This document shows, one piece after another, positions 37,337 through 46,271 of a DNA stretch of 64,000 bases (position 1 is its first letter; each line of letters opens with the position of its first letter). A program made the position numbers and the translations under genes. The notes under the pieces were generated by a model that worked only from the letters and a program-made list of their open reading frames with translations, did no database searches and was not told the origin of the DNA. The DNA is from Candidatus Buchananbacteria bacterium RIFCSPHIGHO2_02_FULL_39_17 (GTDB lineage Bacteria; Patescibacteriota; Patescibacteriia; Buchananbacterales; UBA6539), in NCBI GenBank assembly GCA_001817425.1, contig MHII01000012.1:77-64076 (forward strand). Direction: 5' to 3'.

Positions 37337-38397
37337 ATAAATTTTTCTTTTTGTAAGCTTCTAAGGGCTAAACCGATGGCTGAAGTGTAAGATAAAATTT
37401 TATTTTTAGACAAGGAAATTTTTTTGTCTAAAGATAAATTATTTAGGGGATTTCCGATTTTAACCGGCAGGTTTAACATTTCTTTTAAAACTTCGTCAAT
37501 TTTAAGAAAATTAGCGCCACCGCCACAAATAATGATTTCACTAATTTCATTGCCGCTGACAAAATTAGTTTTATAGAAAATAATCGCTTTTTTTATTTGT
37601 TCGGCTAAATTATTTATTGATCCCATCAAAACTTTAAGCATCGCCCCTTCGCATTTTTCTCGATCAAGGCCGCAGACCAGTTTTGCTTTTTCGGCTTTTT
37701 TTTCATCCAGTTTGAGGGTTTTAGCGATTGCCTCAGTGATTTTATTACCTGAAATCGGCAGGCTGACCGTGAACTGAATCGTATTTTTGTCAAAAATAAT
37801 TAAGCCGGTTCGCATGGCTCCAAAATCGATAATAATCTTTGCCCCTTTTTCTTTTTCGGAAAGTAAACTTCTGACAATGGCGGCCGCTTCGATTTCTAAA
37901 ACATACGGCGTTAAGCCGCAATTCTGTAGAACTGAATAATAAGAATCAACTAGATTTTTCGGGGTGGCGCCAACTAAAACAGAAGACCAGTCACTGCCTT
38001 GTTCCAAGAGTTGCCAATCAAAATAGATTTCCTCTGGAGCAAGAGGAATATGATTAATAATTTCTTTTTCAATCAATTTTGGGGTTTCCTCCAAATTTTT
38101 TTTATTAATTTGGTTTGGTAGAGTTAGAACTTTAATAAAAGTTTTTGTTTCCGGCAAAACGGAAATAACATTTTTTGTTTTTATTTTTTGGCCAGCCGCA
38201 GTTTTAATCAGTTGTTGAATTAGTTTTATTAATTTATCCGGCTGTTGAATTTCACCATTAATAACAATATCATTTGGTACCGCTGATTCATTATAAGAAG
38301 TCAAGATTATTTTTTTGCCGATTTTTTTGCATTTTGCCAGTCTGATTGTTCGATCACTAAGATCTAAACCAAACGCCTGTTGCATTTGTCCAAACAT
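37333..38397 (-). CDS. pilM: Type IV pilus assembly protein PilM (actin-like ATPase fold)
   Basis: GLDLSDRTIRLAKCKK, IIIDFGAMRTGLIIFD and ICGGGANFLKIDEVL are PilM/FtsA-like motifs. Confidence 0.8.
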   Translation of the reverse strand: MFGQMQQAFGLDLSDRTIRLAKCKKIGKKIILTSYNESAVPNDIVINGEIQQPDKLIKLIQQLIKTAAGQKIKTKNVISVLPETKTFIKVLTLPNQINKKNLEETPKLIEKEIINHIPLAPEEIYFDWQLLEQGSDWSSVLVGATPKNLVDSYYSVLQNCGLTPYVLEIEAAAIVRSLLSEKEKGAKIIIDFGAMRTGLIIFDKNTIQFTVSLPISGNKITEAIAKTLKLDEKKAEKAKLVCGLDREKCEGAMLKVLMGSINNLAEQIKKAIIFYKTNFVSGNEISEIIICGGGANFLKIDEVLKEMLNLPVKIGNPLNNLSLDKKISLSKNKILSYTSAIGLALRSLQKEKFI

Positions 38398-38485
38398 AGG
38401 TTAAATTTTATTTCAATTATCTAAAATTATACCAATTAATTTATATCGCGGCAAATTTTAACGCCTGTATCCTAAATTCCTAACT

Positions 38486-38516
38486 CTCCGCCAGAGGCGG
38501 ACTCGCCTCTGGCGAG
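38486..38516. repeat. GC-rich double-hairpin element, family 2, inverted copy
   Basis: ctccgccagaggcggactcgcctctggcgag. Its reverse complement aligns with 5527-5560, sharing an identical second hairpin and a covarying first stem. Confidence 0.7.
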
Positions 38517-39731
38517 CTAATATTGTTCTTCCCAGTGATCAATTTGAATAATTGGTGCGGTGGTATTATAGCTTGGGTCAATTACCGGCAAAAAATTTTC
38601 CGGAACATAATTTAAAATAATTGAGCCGCCGCTGGCGGTGATCCGAGCGTCAAAACCAGTTAAGCTACCGTTAACCGTAAAATTTGTGCCCGAACTGGTT
38701 ATTTCCAAATCATCAGCCGCGTAAATTAGCCCATTAATAGTAATAGTGCCGCCGGCAGTGGTAAATTCCACGTCGTCTTTTGATAAAAGGCCGCCACCAT
38801 AGATTGGGTCAGCCGTCACCGTCACAATTTGGCCGGAGAGAGTGATTTCAATTTCTTCATCGGCGATTAAAACACCGTTAATCGTAAAATTTTTGCCGAT
38901 GATTTCCGCTTCACCCGTGACATAAATAATGCCATTTAAAGTCGTACCGCTAGGCAAATTTTTAAATTGAGTTTCGGTATAAACAGTGCCAGAGGCAAGA
39001 GCGCGGTTTTTCCAAGAATTCGGATCAGTTGAATCAAAATCAATTTGCAGCATATCAATCGTGGTCGTCGGCGCGCTTTGATAGCTCGTACCGTTTAGAG
39101 TTAAACGGCCGCCGGAAACAACATTAATCACATTGCTGGCGCTGACGATGCCGTCATTGACCACTACCTCCGCCCCTTGAACTTTAAAGACCTGATTGGC
39201 GTGGAGGCGGCCGCCGTTAGCCGTTAAGACAATGCCTGAACCAGTAAAAGTAAAATTGCCGTTTTGCTGGGAACCGCGGCCGCCAGCAAAAGAACTAAAT
39301 TCCCATTCTTCACTGCTACCAGTCGGCCGGGTGATATAAGATTTAACTACTCGTTGGGAAATGTTATCGGCAATTTGATAAGTTGAGGTGGAGATAATCC
39401 AAGCTTCAGCCGTGGCTGTGTTTTCTACTCTGACTTGATAACTGGCGTTCGTCTCGCCAAAAATATTTGTCCGGCTGATATTATTCGCGCTGCTTAAGGT
39501 GCCAGCGATAAAAGCATTTTTGGTTGCTTGATTGTTTTGAATTTTCCAAATCATTTCATTAATGCCGGTTTCCGCCAAATAATAATTTTTTGTCGCCAAA
39601 GATTGAACCACGGAAATCTTATTTTCCGAATTGGTTAATGACAAAAGATAAGAACCAGTCATTAAAAGAGCGGTTAAAGTTAAAATGGAAACGATTAAGA
39701 CAAAGCCCTGATTTTTTGTTTTTTTTGTCAT
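38517..39731 (-). CDS. Large prepilin-type (type IV pilin-like) protein
   Basis: N-terminal KNQGFVLIVSILTLTALLMTGSYLL is the class III signal plus hydrophobic helix, followed by a ~370 aa beta-rich domain. Confidence 0.6.
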   Translation of the reverse strand: MTKKTKNQGFVLIVSILTLTALLMTGSYLLSLTNSENKISVVQSLATKNYYLAETGINEMIWKIQNNQATKNAFIAGTLSSANNISRTNIFGETNASYQVRVENTATAEAWIISTSTYQIADNISQRVVKSYITRPTGSSEEWEFSSFAGGRGSQQNGNFTFTGSGIVLTANGGRLHANQVFKVQGAEVVVNDGIVSASNVINVVSGGRLTLNGTSYQSAPTTTIDMLQIDFDSTDPNSWKNRALASGTVYTETQFKNLPSGTTLNGIIYVTGEAEIIGKNFTINGVLIADEEIEITLSGQIVTVTADPIYGGGLLSKDDVEFTTAGGTITINGLIYAADDLEITSSGTNFTVNGSLTGFDARITASGGSIILNYVPENFLPVIDPSYNTTAPIIQIDHWEEQY

Positions 39732-39732
39732 T

Positions 39733-40311
39733 TTAGTTGTTTCTGGGATTGATTACGGCTTTCATTTCAATTTGTTCAGCGCCTTTATTTAAATTTAAAA
39801 TAATATTAATATTTGAATTGCCAAAAAAATCAAGGCTGGTAAAATTTTCACCGATTATTTTTTCTTCTAAGATATTTTGAGTCGGCGCGCCAAAGGAATC
39901 AACATCATTCCAGTGAACGTAAATTGAGGGATCAGCATCAAAGTAATAAACAATAGTTTGTCGTTTTAATTGGTTATTGGCCAGTAAATATTTGAGGTAT
40001 TGGATTTGGGAAGTCGTGTGGCCGTCCTCAAATTCCAGCTCGTGGGCTAATAAGTTAGGGTCGGTGTCATCGGACGGAAGCGTGGTGACAATTTCAGCCG
40101 CTTGACGAATTTCCCGGGACATTAAATCAAGAACAATTCTGGCGTTTTGCGATAATTCGGCTTTAATATTGCCCTTGCGGAAAACTTTCTGGTTTAAAAG
40201 AAAAGTTGAGCTGACAACCATAATAATTAGCATGCCGATAATTACCGCAATTAGAAGTTCGGTTAAAGTGAACCCCGCACCTTTTAGATATATATTTTGT
40301 GATTTAGCCAT
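39733..40311 (-). CDS. Prepilin-type N-terminal cleavage/methylation domain protein (pseudopilin)
   Basis: KGAGFTLTELLIAVIIGMLIIM, G-F-T-L-x-E. Confidence 0.65.
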   Translation of the reverse strand: MAKSQNIYLKGAGFTLTELLIAVIIGMLIIMVVSSTFLLNQKVFRKGNIKAELSQNARIVLDLMSREIRQAAEIVTTLPSDDTDPNLLAHELEFEDGHTTSQIQYLKYLLANNQLKRQTIVYYFDADPSIYVHWNDVDSFGAPTQNILEEKIIGENFTSLDFFGNSNINIILNLNKGAEQIEMKAVINPRNN

Positions 40312-40398
40312 TTAAAACAAATGAAAATATTAATATTGAAAAATTATTTTAAACGAATTATCTAAAGCGCGAAGCGCAATATCTAAAAGGTGCGGGGT
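40271..40398. repeat. Long-range inverted repeat around the start of prepilin gene 39733-40311
   Basis: Arm 40271-40290 aaccccgcaccttttagata lies in the coding sequence for YLKGAGFT. Arm 40379-40398 tatctaaaaggtgcggggtt is its perfect 20-bp complement. Spacer ~88 bp. Confidence 0.8.
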
Positions 40399-40856
40399 TA
40401 AAAATCAGAAATAGCTGAACTTAATTGGGTTGATTTTTCCGAGGTGCCAACTGTTGAGGGCCAAAAAACCGTTACCGTAATTTTTTTCAGTCCAGTATCG
40501 TTGGCGCTAACATTAAAATTACTGTCAAGATATTCAACAATTGTCTGTCTTTGAAAAGCGTAATAAAAATCAGTCGGATCACTTGATAATCTTTGTTTGG
40601 CTTCAATCGTGCCAGTGCTGATATTGTCGTAGCCTAGGCTGATGACTTCTTCAATTTTTGCCACGGCTAAATTAGAGGCGGTAGTTAATCTTTGGGCATC
40701 GCCGGTGATTTTCAAGCTTAAAGGGAAAATTTGAACCACGGCAAAAAGGCCAACCATTAAAATCATTGTGGCAATGGCCGCTTCAATAATGGTAAACCCC
40801 GCACTATGTTGGCGTAAGTTATTTTTGTCAATTTTTATAAATGATTTTTTAAACAT
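40398..40856 (-). CDS. Prepilin-type N-terminal cleavage/methylation domain protein (pseudopilin)
   Basis: RQHSAGFTIIEAAIATMILMVGLFAVVQIF. Confidence 0.65.
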   Translation of the reverse strand: MFKKSFIKIDKNNLRQHSAGFTIIEAAIATMILMVGLFAVVQIFPLSLKITGDAQRLTTASNLAVAKIEEVISLGYDNISTGTIEAKQRLSSDPTDFYYAFQRQTIVEYLDSNFNVSANDTGLKKITVTVFWPSTVGTSEKSTQLSSAISDF

Positions 40857-40922
40857 TACTATTTTTTTGATTATTCTTTATGAATTTTGGTATCTACTGA
40901 ATTAACGCCAACATAGTGCGGG
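40797..40922. repeat. Long-range inverted repeat around the start of prepilin gene 40398-40856
   Basis: ccccgcactatgttggcg (40797-40814, codes RQHSAG) and cgccaacatagtgcgggg (40905-40922) are an 18-bp perfect inverted repeat. The 90-bp spacer contains the ATG. Confidence 0.8.
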
Positions 40923-40936
40923 GTAAACCCTTGTTT

Positions 40937-41419
40937 TTAATCAATAACTTCAACATAGCCTGATGGTTTGATGTTTATCGTGGATATTTGACTTCTGGTG
41001 TTAGTCAAGGTAATTGAGCCGGTTTCCGCCACCCCGCCTGTCGGATTGAAACTGACTAAATCATTAGTCAGGCCAGAGATTTGACTGATGGAAACTTCAG
41101 TGTCTAAATTAACTTCTTTATTGACGTTACTGGTTTCCGAATTAACGATTTGATATTTTTTAGTTAGGGGAAAGAGTTTGAGCTGATAAATTTTTTGTTC
41201 CGTGACAGCTAATTGCTGGGTAAGCCGTAAATTGGTGGCTAAGACCCGAGCCTCACTTTTTAATTTGGTGTTTTTTTGGTAGTTGACAAAAAGCGGGGCG
41301 CTAATAATTGAAATAAAAGCGATAATACCTAAAACCGCAGCAAGCTCAGTAATCGTAAACCCCGCACTTTGTTGGCGTAGGTAATTTTTGTTTATTCTTT
41401 TGAAAATATTTTTAACTAT
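40937..41419 (-). CDS. Prepilin-type protein; reading frame intact but no ATG start (ATA at the aligned start position)
   Basis: Manual minus-strand translation gives IVKNIFKRINKNYLRQQSAGFTITELAAVLGIIAFISIISAPLF...GYVEVID*. It aligns codon for codon with MFKKSFIKIDKNNLRQHSAGFT of the neighbouring gene. It is absent from the ORF track because it lacks ATG. Confidence 0.45.
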   Translation of the reverse strand: MVKNIFKRINKNYLRQQSAGFTITELAAVLGIIAFISIISAPLFVNYQKNTKLKSEARVLATNLRLTQQLAVTEQKIYQLKLFPLTKKYQIVNSETSNVNKEVNLDTEVSISQISGLTNDLVSFNPTGGVAETGSITLTNTRSQISTINIKPSGYVEVID

Positions 41420-41486
41420 TTATCATTTATTAATTTATTTTTTGAACCTAAAATTTTGAGGAATAAATGCCAACATAGTGCGGGGT
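41360..41486. repeat. Long-range inverted repeat around the start of the prepilin reading frame 40937-41419
   Basis: ccccgcactttgttggc (41360-41376) against gccaacatagtgcgggg (41470-41486), 16 of 17 complementary. Spacer ~90 bp. Confidence 0.7.
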
Positions 41487-41533
41487 AAATCCTTTTTAAT
41501 TTATTTTGATCTATCGTCATTAAACTTTAACGC

Positions 41534-42613
41534 TTAAATTTGTTGGCTTAAGGAATAAATCGGCATAATGATGGCTACGGCCATACCACCGACGCCAATG
41601 CCTAGAACAACCATTAACAGCGGTTCAATAATTGATGGCAGATTTTCCATAGTTTGGGCGACATCATCTTCATAAAAAATTGCTGATTCTTCCAAAATAT
41701 CATCCAAGGCGCCAGTTTCTTCGCCGACGGCAATCATTTGTAAAACAACCGGCGGGAAAAGTTTAAGATGAGGTTTGAGTGATTCTTTAATGCTAATTCC
41801 TTTTTTGATTTTTTCTTTAGCAATGAGGAGGGCTTCCTGATACAAAGCGTTGCCTAAAACGCGGGAAGTAATTTCAAAAGATTGAACAATCGGGATGTCG
41901 GTTTTTAAAAGTGAGCTTAAAGTTCGGCAGAATCTTGCCAGATTAACTTTTTTAATAATTGAGCCGGCAACTGGGGTTTTAATCAGGAAAGAGTGAAATT
42001 GTTTTTTTCCGCCCGGGGTGGCGACAAAACGATTAAAAATAATGATTAATACCGCCAGGCCAATTAAGACAAAAATTCCGTACTTTAAAACAAACTCACT
42101 GCTAAAAATTAGAATTCGGGTCGCGAGAGGCAAGGCGACATTGAGTTCCTTAAAAACTCCGGAAATCGTCGGAATGACATAGATGAGCATCAGAATACCG
42201 ATAATAACCATCATGGCCATGACGATTGAAGGGTAGATCATGGCGCCTTTAACTTTAGCAATAATCTCGTGATCTTTTTTCATTTGGACAAATAATTCTT
42301 TTAAAACATCCTCTAATTTACCAGAAGCCTCGCCCGCTTTAACCATATTAATAAAAAGTTCGCCAAAAATTTTTTGATATTTCTCCAGACCAAGGGAAAG
42401 CAAATTGCCTTTTTCCACGCCTTGTTGCAGATCAACTAAAATTGTTTTGAATGTTTTTGAGGTGGTCTGCTCCGCTAAAGTTTTTAAAGCGACCGAAAGC
42501 GATATGCCTGACTTGAGCATCACTCCAAGCTGTTGAACAAAAAAAATCTTTTGCGACAAAGTAATTTTTCGCGGTTTAGTGATCCACTGAATTATTTTAT
42601 TGTTATTAGCCAT
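41534..42613 (-). CDS. pilC: Type IV pilus / type II secretion platform protein PilC (GspF family)
   Basis: Two GspF-type repeats, 3 TM helices, ~359 aa, adjacent to pilB. Confidence 0.85.
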   Translation of the reverse strand: MANNNKIIQWITKPRKITLSQKIFFVQQLGVMLKSGISLSVALKTLAEQTTSKTFKTILVDLQQGVEKGNLLSLGLEKYQKIFGELFINMVKAGEASGKLEDVLKELFVQMKKDHEIIAKVKGAMIYPSIVMAMMVIIGILMLIYVIPTISGVFKELNVALPLATRILIFSSEFVLKYGIFVLIGLAVLIIIFNRFVATPGGKKQFHSFLIKTPVAGSIIKKVNLARFCRTLSSLLKTDIPIVQSFEITSRVLGNALYQEALLIAKEKIKKGISIKESLKPHLKLFPPVVLQMIAVGEETGALDDILEESAIFYEDDVAQTMENLPSIIEPLLMVVLGIGVGGMAVAIIMPIYSLSQQI

Positions 42614-42620
42614 TTTTTAA

Positions 42621-44408
42621 TTAATCTTTGGTTACCCTCAAGACTTCCTCGATGGTGGTAATTCCTGATTTTGATTTAATAAAGCCATCCTCTAAAATTG
42701 TGAGCATGCCTTGGTCTTTTGCCATTTTTTGGATTTCTTTCGCCGGTGAATTTTTGAGAATTAATTCAGAAATTTCTGAACTGACATTCAAGACTTCGTA
42801 AATGCCGATTCGGCCGCGATAGCCGTTCTGGTTGCATTTTTTACAGCCTTTGCCGCGATAAAAAAGCAGGGATTCCTTGGTTTGTTTTTTCGTGACCAGA
42901 TTTTCTTTTTCCAGAGTTTCTAAAACTAAAGCAAAATTAATTTGTTTTTCCAACTCCGCCAATTCGGTTTTATTTAAAGTATAACTTTCCATACAGTCTT
43001 GGCAGATGCGTCGAACCAGCCGTTGAGCCACAATCATAATGCAAGTGGAAGCGACTAAAAAGGCGGGTACGCCCATTTCGCTTAAACGAGGCAAGGTGGT
43101 GGGCGCGTCATTGGTATGGAGAGTAGAAAGAACTAGGTGGCCGGTCAGGGACGCATGAATAGCAATTTCAGCGGTTTCGTTGTCCCTGATTTCACCCACC
43201 ATAATGATATTTGGGTCTTGACGCAGAAAGGACCGGAGGGCGGAAGCGAAAGTATAGCCGATTTTTGGATTGACTTGAGTTTGATTTAAACCCGGCATCC
43301 GGTATTCAATCGGATCTTCAATCGTGGTGATATTAATTTCCGGCTTATTTAAAATATTTAAAACCGCATAAAGGGTGGTGGTTTTTCCTGAACCAGTCGG
43401 GCCGGTGACCAAAATTAGACCATGGGGTTTTTTAATATTTTTTCTGACGACTTCTAAGGCGCGTCTTTGAAAACCAAGCTGCTCTAAGCTAATGACGCTG
43501 GTTTGCTCGTTTAAAGCGCGCAAGACTACTTTTTCCCCGTCGTAAGTTGGGATAATGGAAACACGGAAAGAAACTTTATATTCGTTGGTCGCGACTTTGA
43601 AACGGCCGTCTTGAGGCAGGCGGTGCTCGTCTAATTTAAGATTGGAAAGAATTTTAATTCTGGCGACGATGCCGGCGTGGACAGATTTAGGCAAAGTCAT
43701 CACTGGGCGCAAGACGCCGTCAATCCGATAGCGGACCACAACTTCTTTTTCGGTTGGTTCAATATGAATATCTGAAGCATTTTCTAAAATGGTGTATTCC
43801 AGGAGCGTGTCAACAATCCGAATCACTGGTAAGTCATGGGCTAATTCTTTTAACTTTGAGCCGCCTTCAGCTTCTTCACCAGTTTTTTCTTGATCCTTAG
43901 TTAATTCCTGAAACTCGGCTTTTAAGCCTTTATGATAAAGTTTTATTACTTCATTTAAACTCTCCGGCGTGGTTAAATAAATTTTTATCTCCAAGCCGGT
44001 TTTTTTTGATAAAAATTCAAAAAGTTGCAAATCAGTTGGATTTAAAGTGGCAATTTTTAATTCGGTGTCCGTTTTATTAAAAGCGATAATTTTATGGGTG
44101 GCGGCAAGCGGTTCAGGGATTAAAAATAAGATATCTTTTCTAACGGTTTCATTTTTTAAATTAATAAACGGCAAATTATAGTAATTTGCCGCTATTTGGT
44201 AGAGCTGTTCTTGACCGATGACTTTTTGGCTAACTAAGTAGTCCTCAAGGGTTTGGTTTCTTTTTTTTGCCTCTTCAAGATAAAGATCAAGCTCTTGAGC
44301 GCCAACGGTTTTGGTTTCAAGCAAGACTTTTTTTAATTGATCTTCTTTGAACATATTTTTGATTAAAGCAATCATTAAATCATGAAAACTATTGCGGTTT
44401 AGACACAA
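42621..44408 (-). CDS. pilB: Type IV pilus assembly ATPase PilB (GspE family)
   Basis: Walker A GPTGSGKTTTLYAVL, Walker B/Asp-box and His-box, and C-terminal CxxC pairs (CQDC...CKKC). Confidence 0.9.
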   Translation of the reverse strand: MCLNRNSFHDLMIALIKNMFKEDQLKKVLLETKTVGAQELDLYLEEAKKRNQTLEDYLVSQKVIGQEQLYQIAANYYNLPFINLKNETVRKDILFLIPEPLAATHKIIAFNKTDTELKIATLNPTDLQLFEFLSKKTGLEIKIYLTTPESLNEVIKLYHKGLKAEFQELTKDQEKTGEEAEGGSKLKELAHDLPVIRIVDTLLEYTILENASDIHIEPTEKEVVVRYRIDGVLRPVMTLPKSVHAGIVARIKILSNLKLDEHRLPQDGRFKVATNEYKVSFRVSIIPTYDGEKVVLRALNEQTSVISLEQLGFQRRALEVVRKNIKKPHGLILVTGPTGSGKTTTLYAVLNILNKPEINITTIEDPIEYRMPGLNQTQVNPKIGYTFASALRSFLRQDPNIIMVGEIRDNETAEIAIHASLTGHLVLSTLHTNDAPTTLPRLSEMGVPAFLVASTCIMIVAQRLVRRICQDCMESYTLNKTELAELEKQINFALVLETLEKENLVTKKQTKESLLFYRGKGCKKCNQNGYRGRIGIYEVLNVSSEISELILKNSPAKEIQKMAKDQGMLTILEDGFIKSKSGITTIEEVLRVTKD

Positions 44409-44847
44409 GGAGTGAGATTTTAGGGAAACTCAGGATTGATTGAGATTTTCTTGCTTCCATATTATACCATAATTTTAATTTTTGGAGAAATTCAAAGCCA
44501 TTTGTAGTTGGTAAGCGGTCTATTTGGGTGGACAAATTGCCAAATTATTATTATGATAGTATTATCAAGACTCATCAATATGCCCCGATATCGAGCATCG
44601 GGGCTGGTTAATCTTTTCGCGGCCGGAAAAGTACCTCGTCCCCGCCTGCCGCCCGCCCGTTTTTAACTTCGCCAAAGGCGAGTGGGGGCGGGTCACCTTA
44701 ACACATTTTTTAAGATTAAAATGGTTTAGCTGGGTTTAAATTTTAGTTTTATAATCCCCAATTAAACAGGCATTGGCGGGCAGGCTGCCCGCCGGATCTG
44801 CTAACTGGCGGAGAAGGCGGATTAAGATGGAAAAAAATTATTAAATT

Positions 44848-45219
44848 ATGCCGATTTTTCAACATCAATTTAGCCTGACTAAAACTTATTGGCGTGACCG
44901 GTTTATTCTGATTAATTTGGCTATCAGTTTAATTTTAAATGCCAGTCTTTGGTTTTTTTTATTTCAGCAAGCGATCAATTTATTTGAGCTAAAACCCCTT
45001 CATTATAATATTTATTTTGGCATTGACTTGTTCGGCCAGTGGTATCGCATATTTTTATTGCCTTTAATCGGTTTAATTTTTTATTTAATTAACTCAGCCA
45101 TTGGTTTAGTAATTTTTCAGAAAGAAAAAATTTTTAGTTACTTTTTGATTGGGACAAGCAGTTTTGTTCAATTGATTTTAATCATCGCCGCGATTTTTAT
45201 CGTTTACGTTAACTTATAA
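44848..45219 (+). CDS. Hypothetical membrane protein (4 TM)
   Basis: ORF with hydrophobic helices, immediately upstream of mraY. Confidence 0.3.
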   Translation: MPIFQHQFSLTKTYWRDRFILINLAISLILNASLWFFLFQQAINLFELKPLHYNIYFGIDLFGQWYRIFLLPLIGLIFYLINSAIGLVIFQKEKIFSYFLIGTSSFVQLILIIAAIFIVYVNL

Positions 45220-45223
45220 AATC

Positions 45224-46267
45224 ATGGCCACTAATTTTTTTATTATTAAAATTTTTCTTTTGACAACAGTTTCTTTTATTTTGACTTTAATTTGGACACC
45301 ATTTTTGACCCATCTTTTGTATAAGTTCCGGCTCGGCAAAGGCATCAGGGATGAAAAAGTTGCCCCGATTTTTGCCATGATTCATAAAAAGAAAGCGGGA
45401 ACGCCGACGATGGGCGGCGTTTTGGTTTGGGGGACAACTTTATTTTTAATTATTTCAATTTTTTATTTATCAAAAATTTTTGACGGGATTTTTAGTGGCT
45501 TGAATTTTTTATCTCGGAGCGAAACTCTTTTGCCCTTAGGGGCGTTAATTGCTTCAGCGATCGTTGGTTTAATTGATGATTTGTTTGACATTTGGCGGAT
45601 GGGCAAGGATGGCGGTGGCCTTAGAATGCGTCATCGCTTTATGATTTATGGATTGATTGCCGGGGTTGGCGCTTGGTGGTTTTTCTATAAATTGGGTTGG
45701 ACGATTTTATATGTGCCATTTTTTGGTTATTTGGATATTGGTCTTTGGTATATTCCTTTTTTTATTTTTATCATCATTGGGACCGCTCATGCCGTGAATT
45801 TAACTGACGGTTTGGACGGTTTGGCCGGCGGGACACTCTTAGCCGCTTTTAGCACTTACGGCGCAATTGCCTTTGCCCTTGGCCGTTACGATTTAGCAAC
45901 TTTTTGCGGGGTGATTGCCGGCGCGCTTTTGGCTTTTTTGTGGTTTAACATTAACCCGGCGCGGTTTTTCATGGGTGACACCGGTTCAATGTCACTTGGG
46001 GTCACTTTAGGCATTATTGCCATGCTCACTAACGCCGCTTTGCTTTTGCCAATTATTGGTTTTATTTTCGTGGTTGAAACAGTTTCGGTTTTAATTCAGA
46101 TGTTCTGGAAAAAAGTCTTTGGTCATAAACTTTTTCTTTCTTCGCCGCTTCATCATCACTTGGAGGCTATTGGCTGGCCAGAGCCAAAAATTGTGATGCG
46201 TTTTTGGGTCATTGCCGCGGTTTCATCAATTATTGGTTTAATTTTGTTTTTGGTGGATAAAGTGTAG
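45224..46267 (+). CDS. mraY: Phospho-N-acetylmuramoyl-pentapeptide transferase
   Basis: NAVNLTDGLDGLAGG, FMGDTGSMSLG and HHHLE motifs. Confidence 0.9.
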   Translation: MATNFFIIKIFLLTTVSFILTLIWTPFLTHLLYKFRLGKGIRDEKVAPIFAMIHKKKAGTPTMGGVLVWGTTLFLIISIFYLSKIFDGIFSGLNFLSRSETLLPLGALIASAIVGLIDDLFDIWRMGKDGGGLRMRHRFMIYGLIAGVGAWWFFYKLGWTILYVPFFGYLDIGLWYIPFFIFIIIGTAHAVNLTDGLDGLAGGTLLAAFSTYGAIAFALGRYDLATFCGVIAGALLAFLWFNINPARFFMGDTGSMSLGVTLGIIAMLTNAALLLPIIGFIFVVETVSVLIQMFWKKVFGHKLFLSSPLHHHLEAIGWPEPKIVMRFWVIAAVSSIIGLILFLVDKV

Positions 46268-46271
46268 AATT

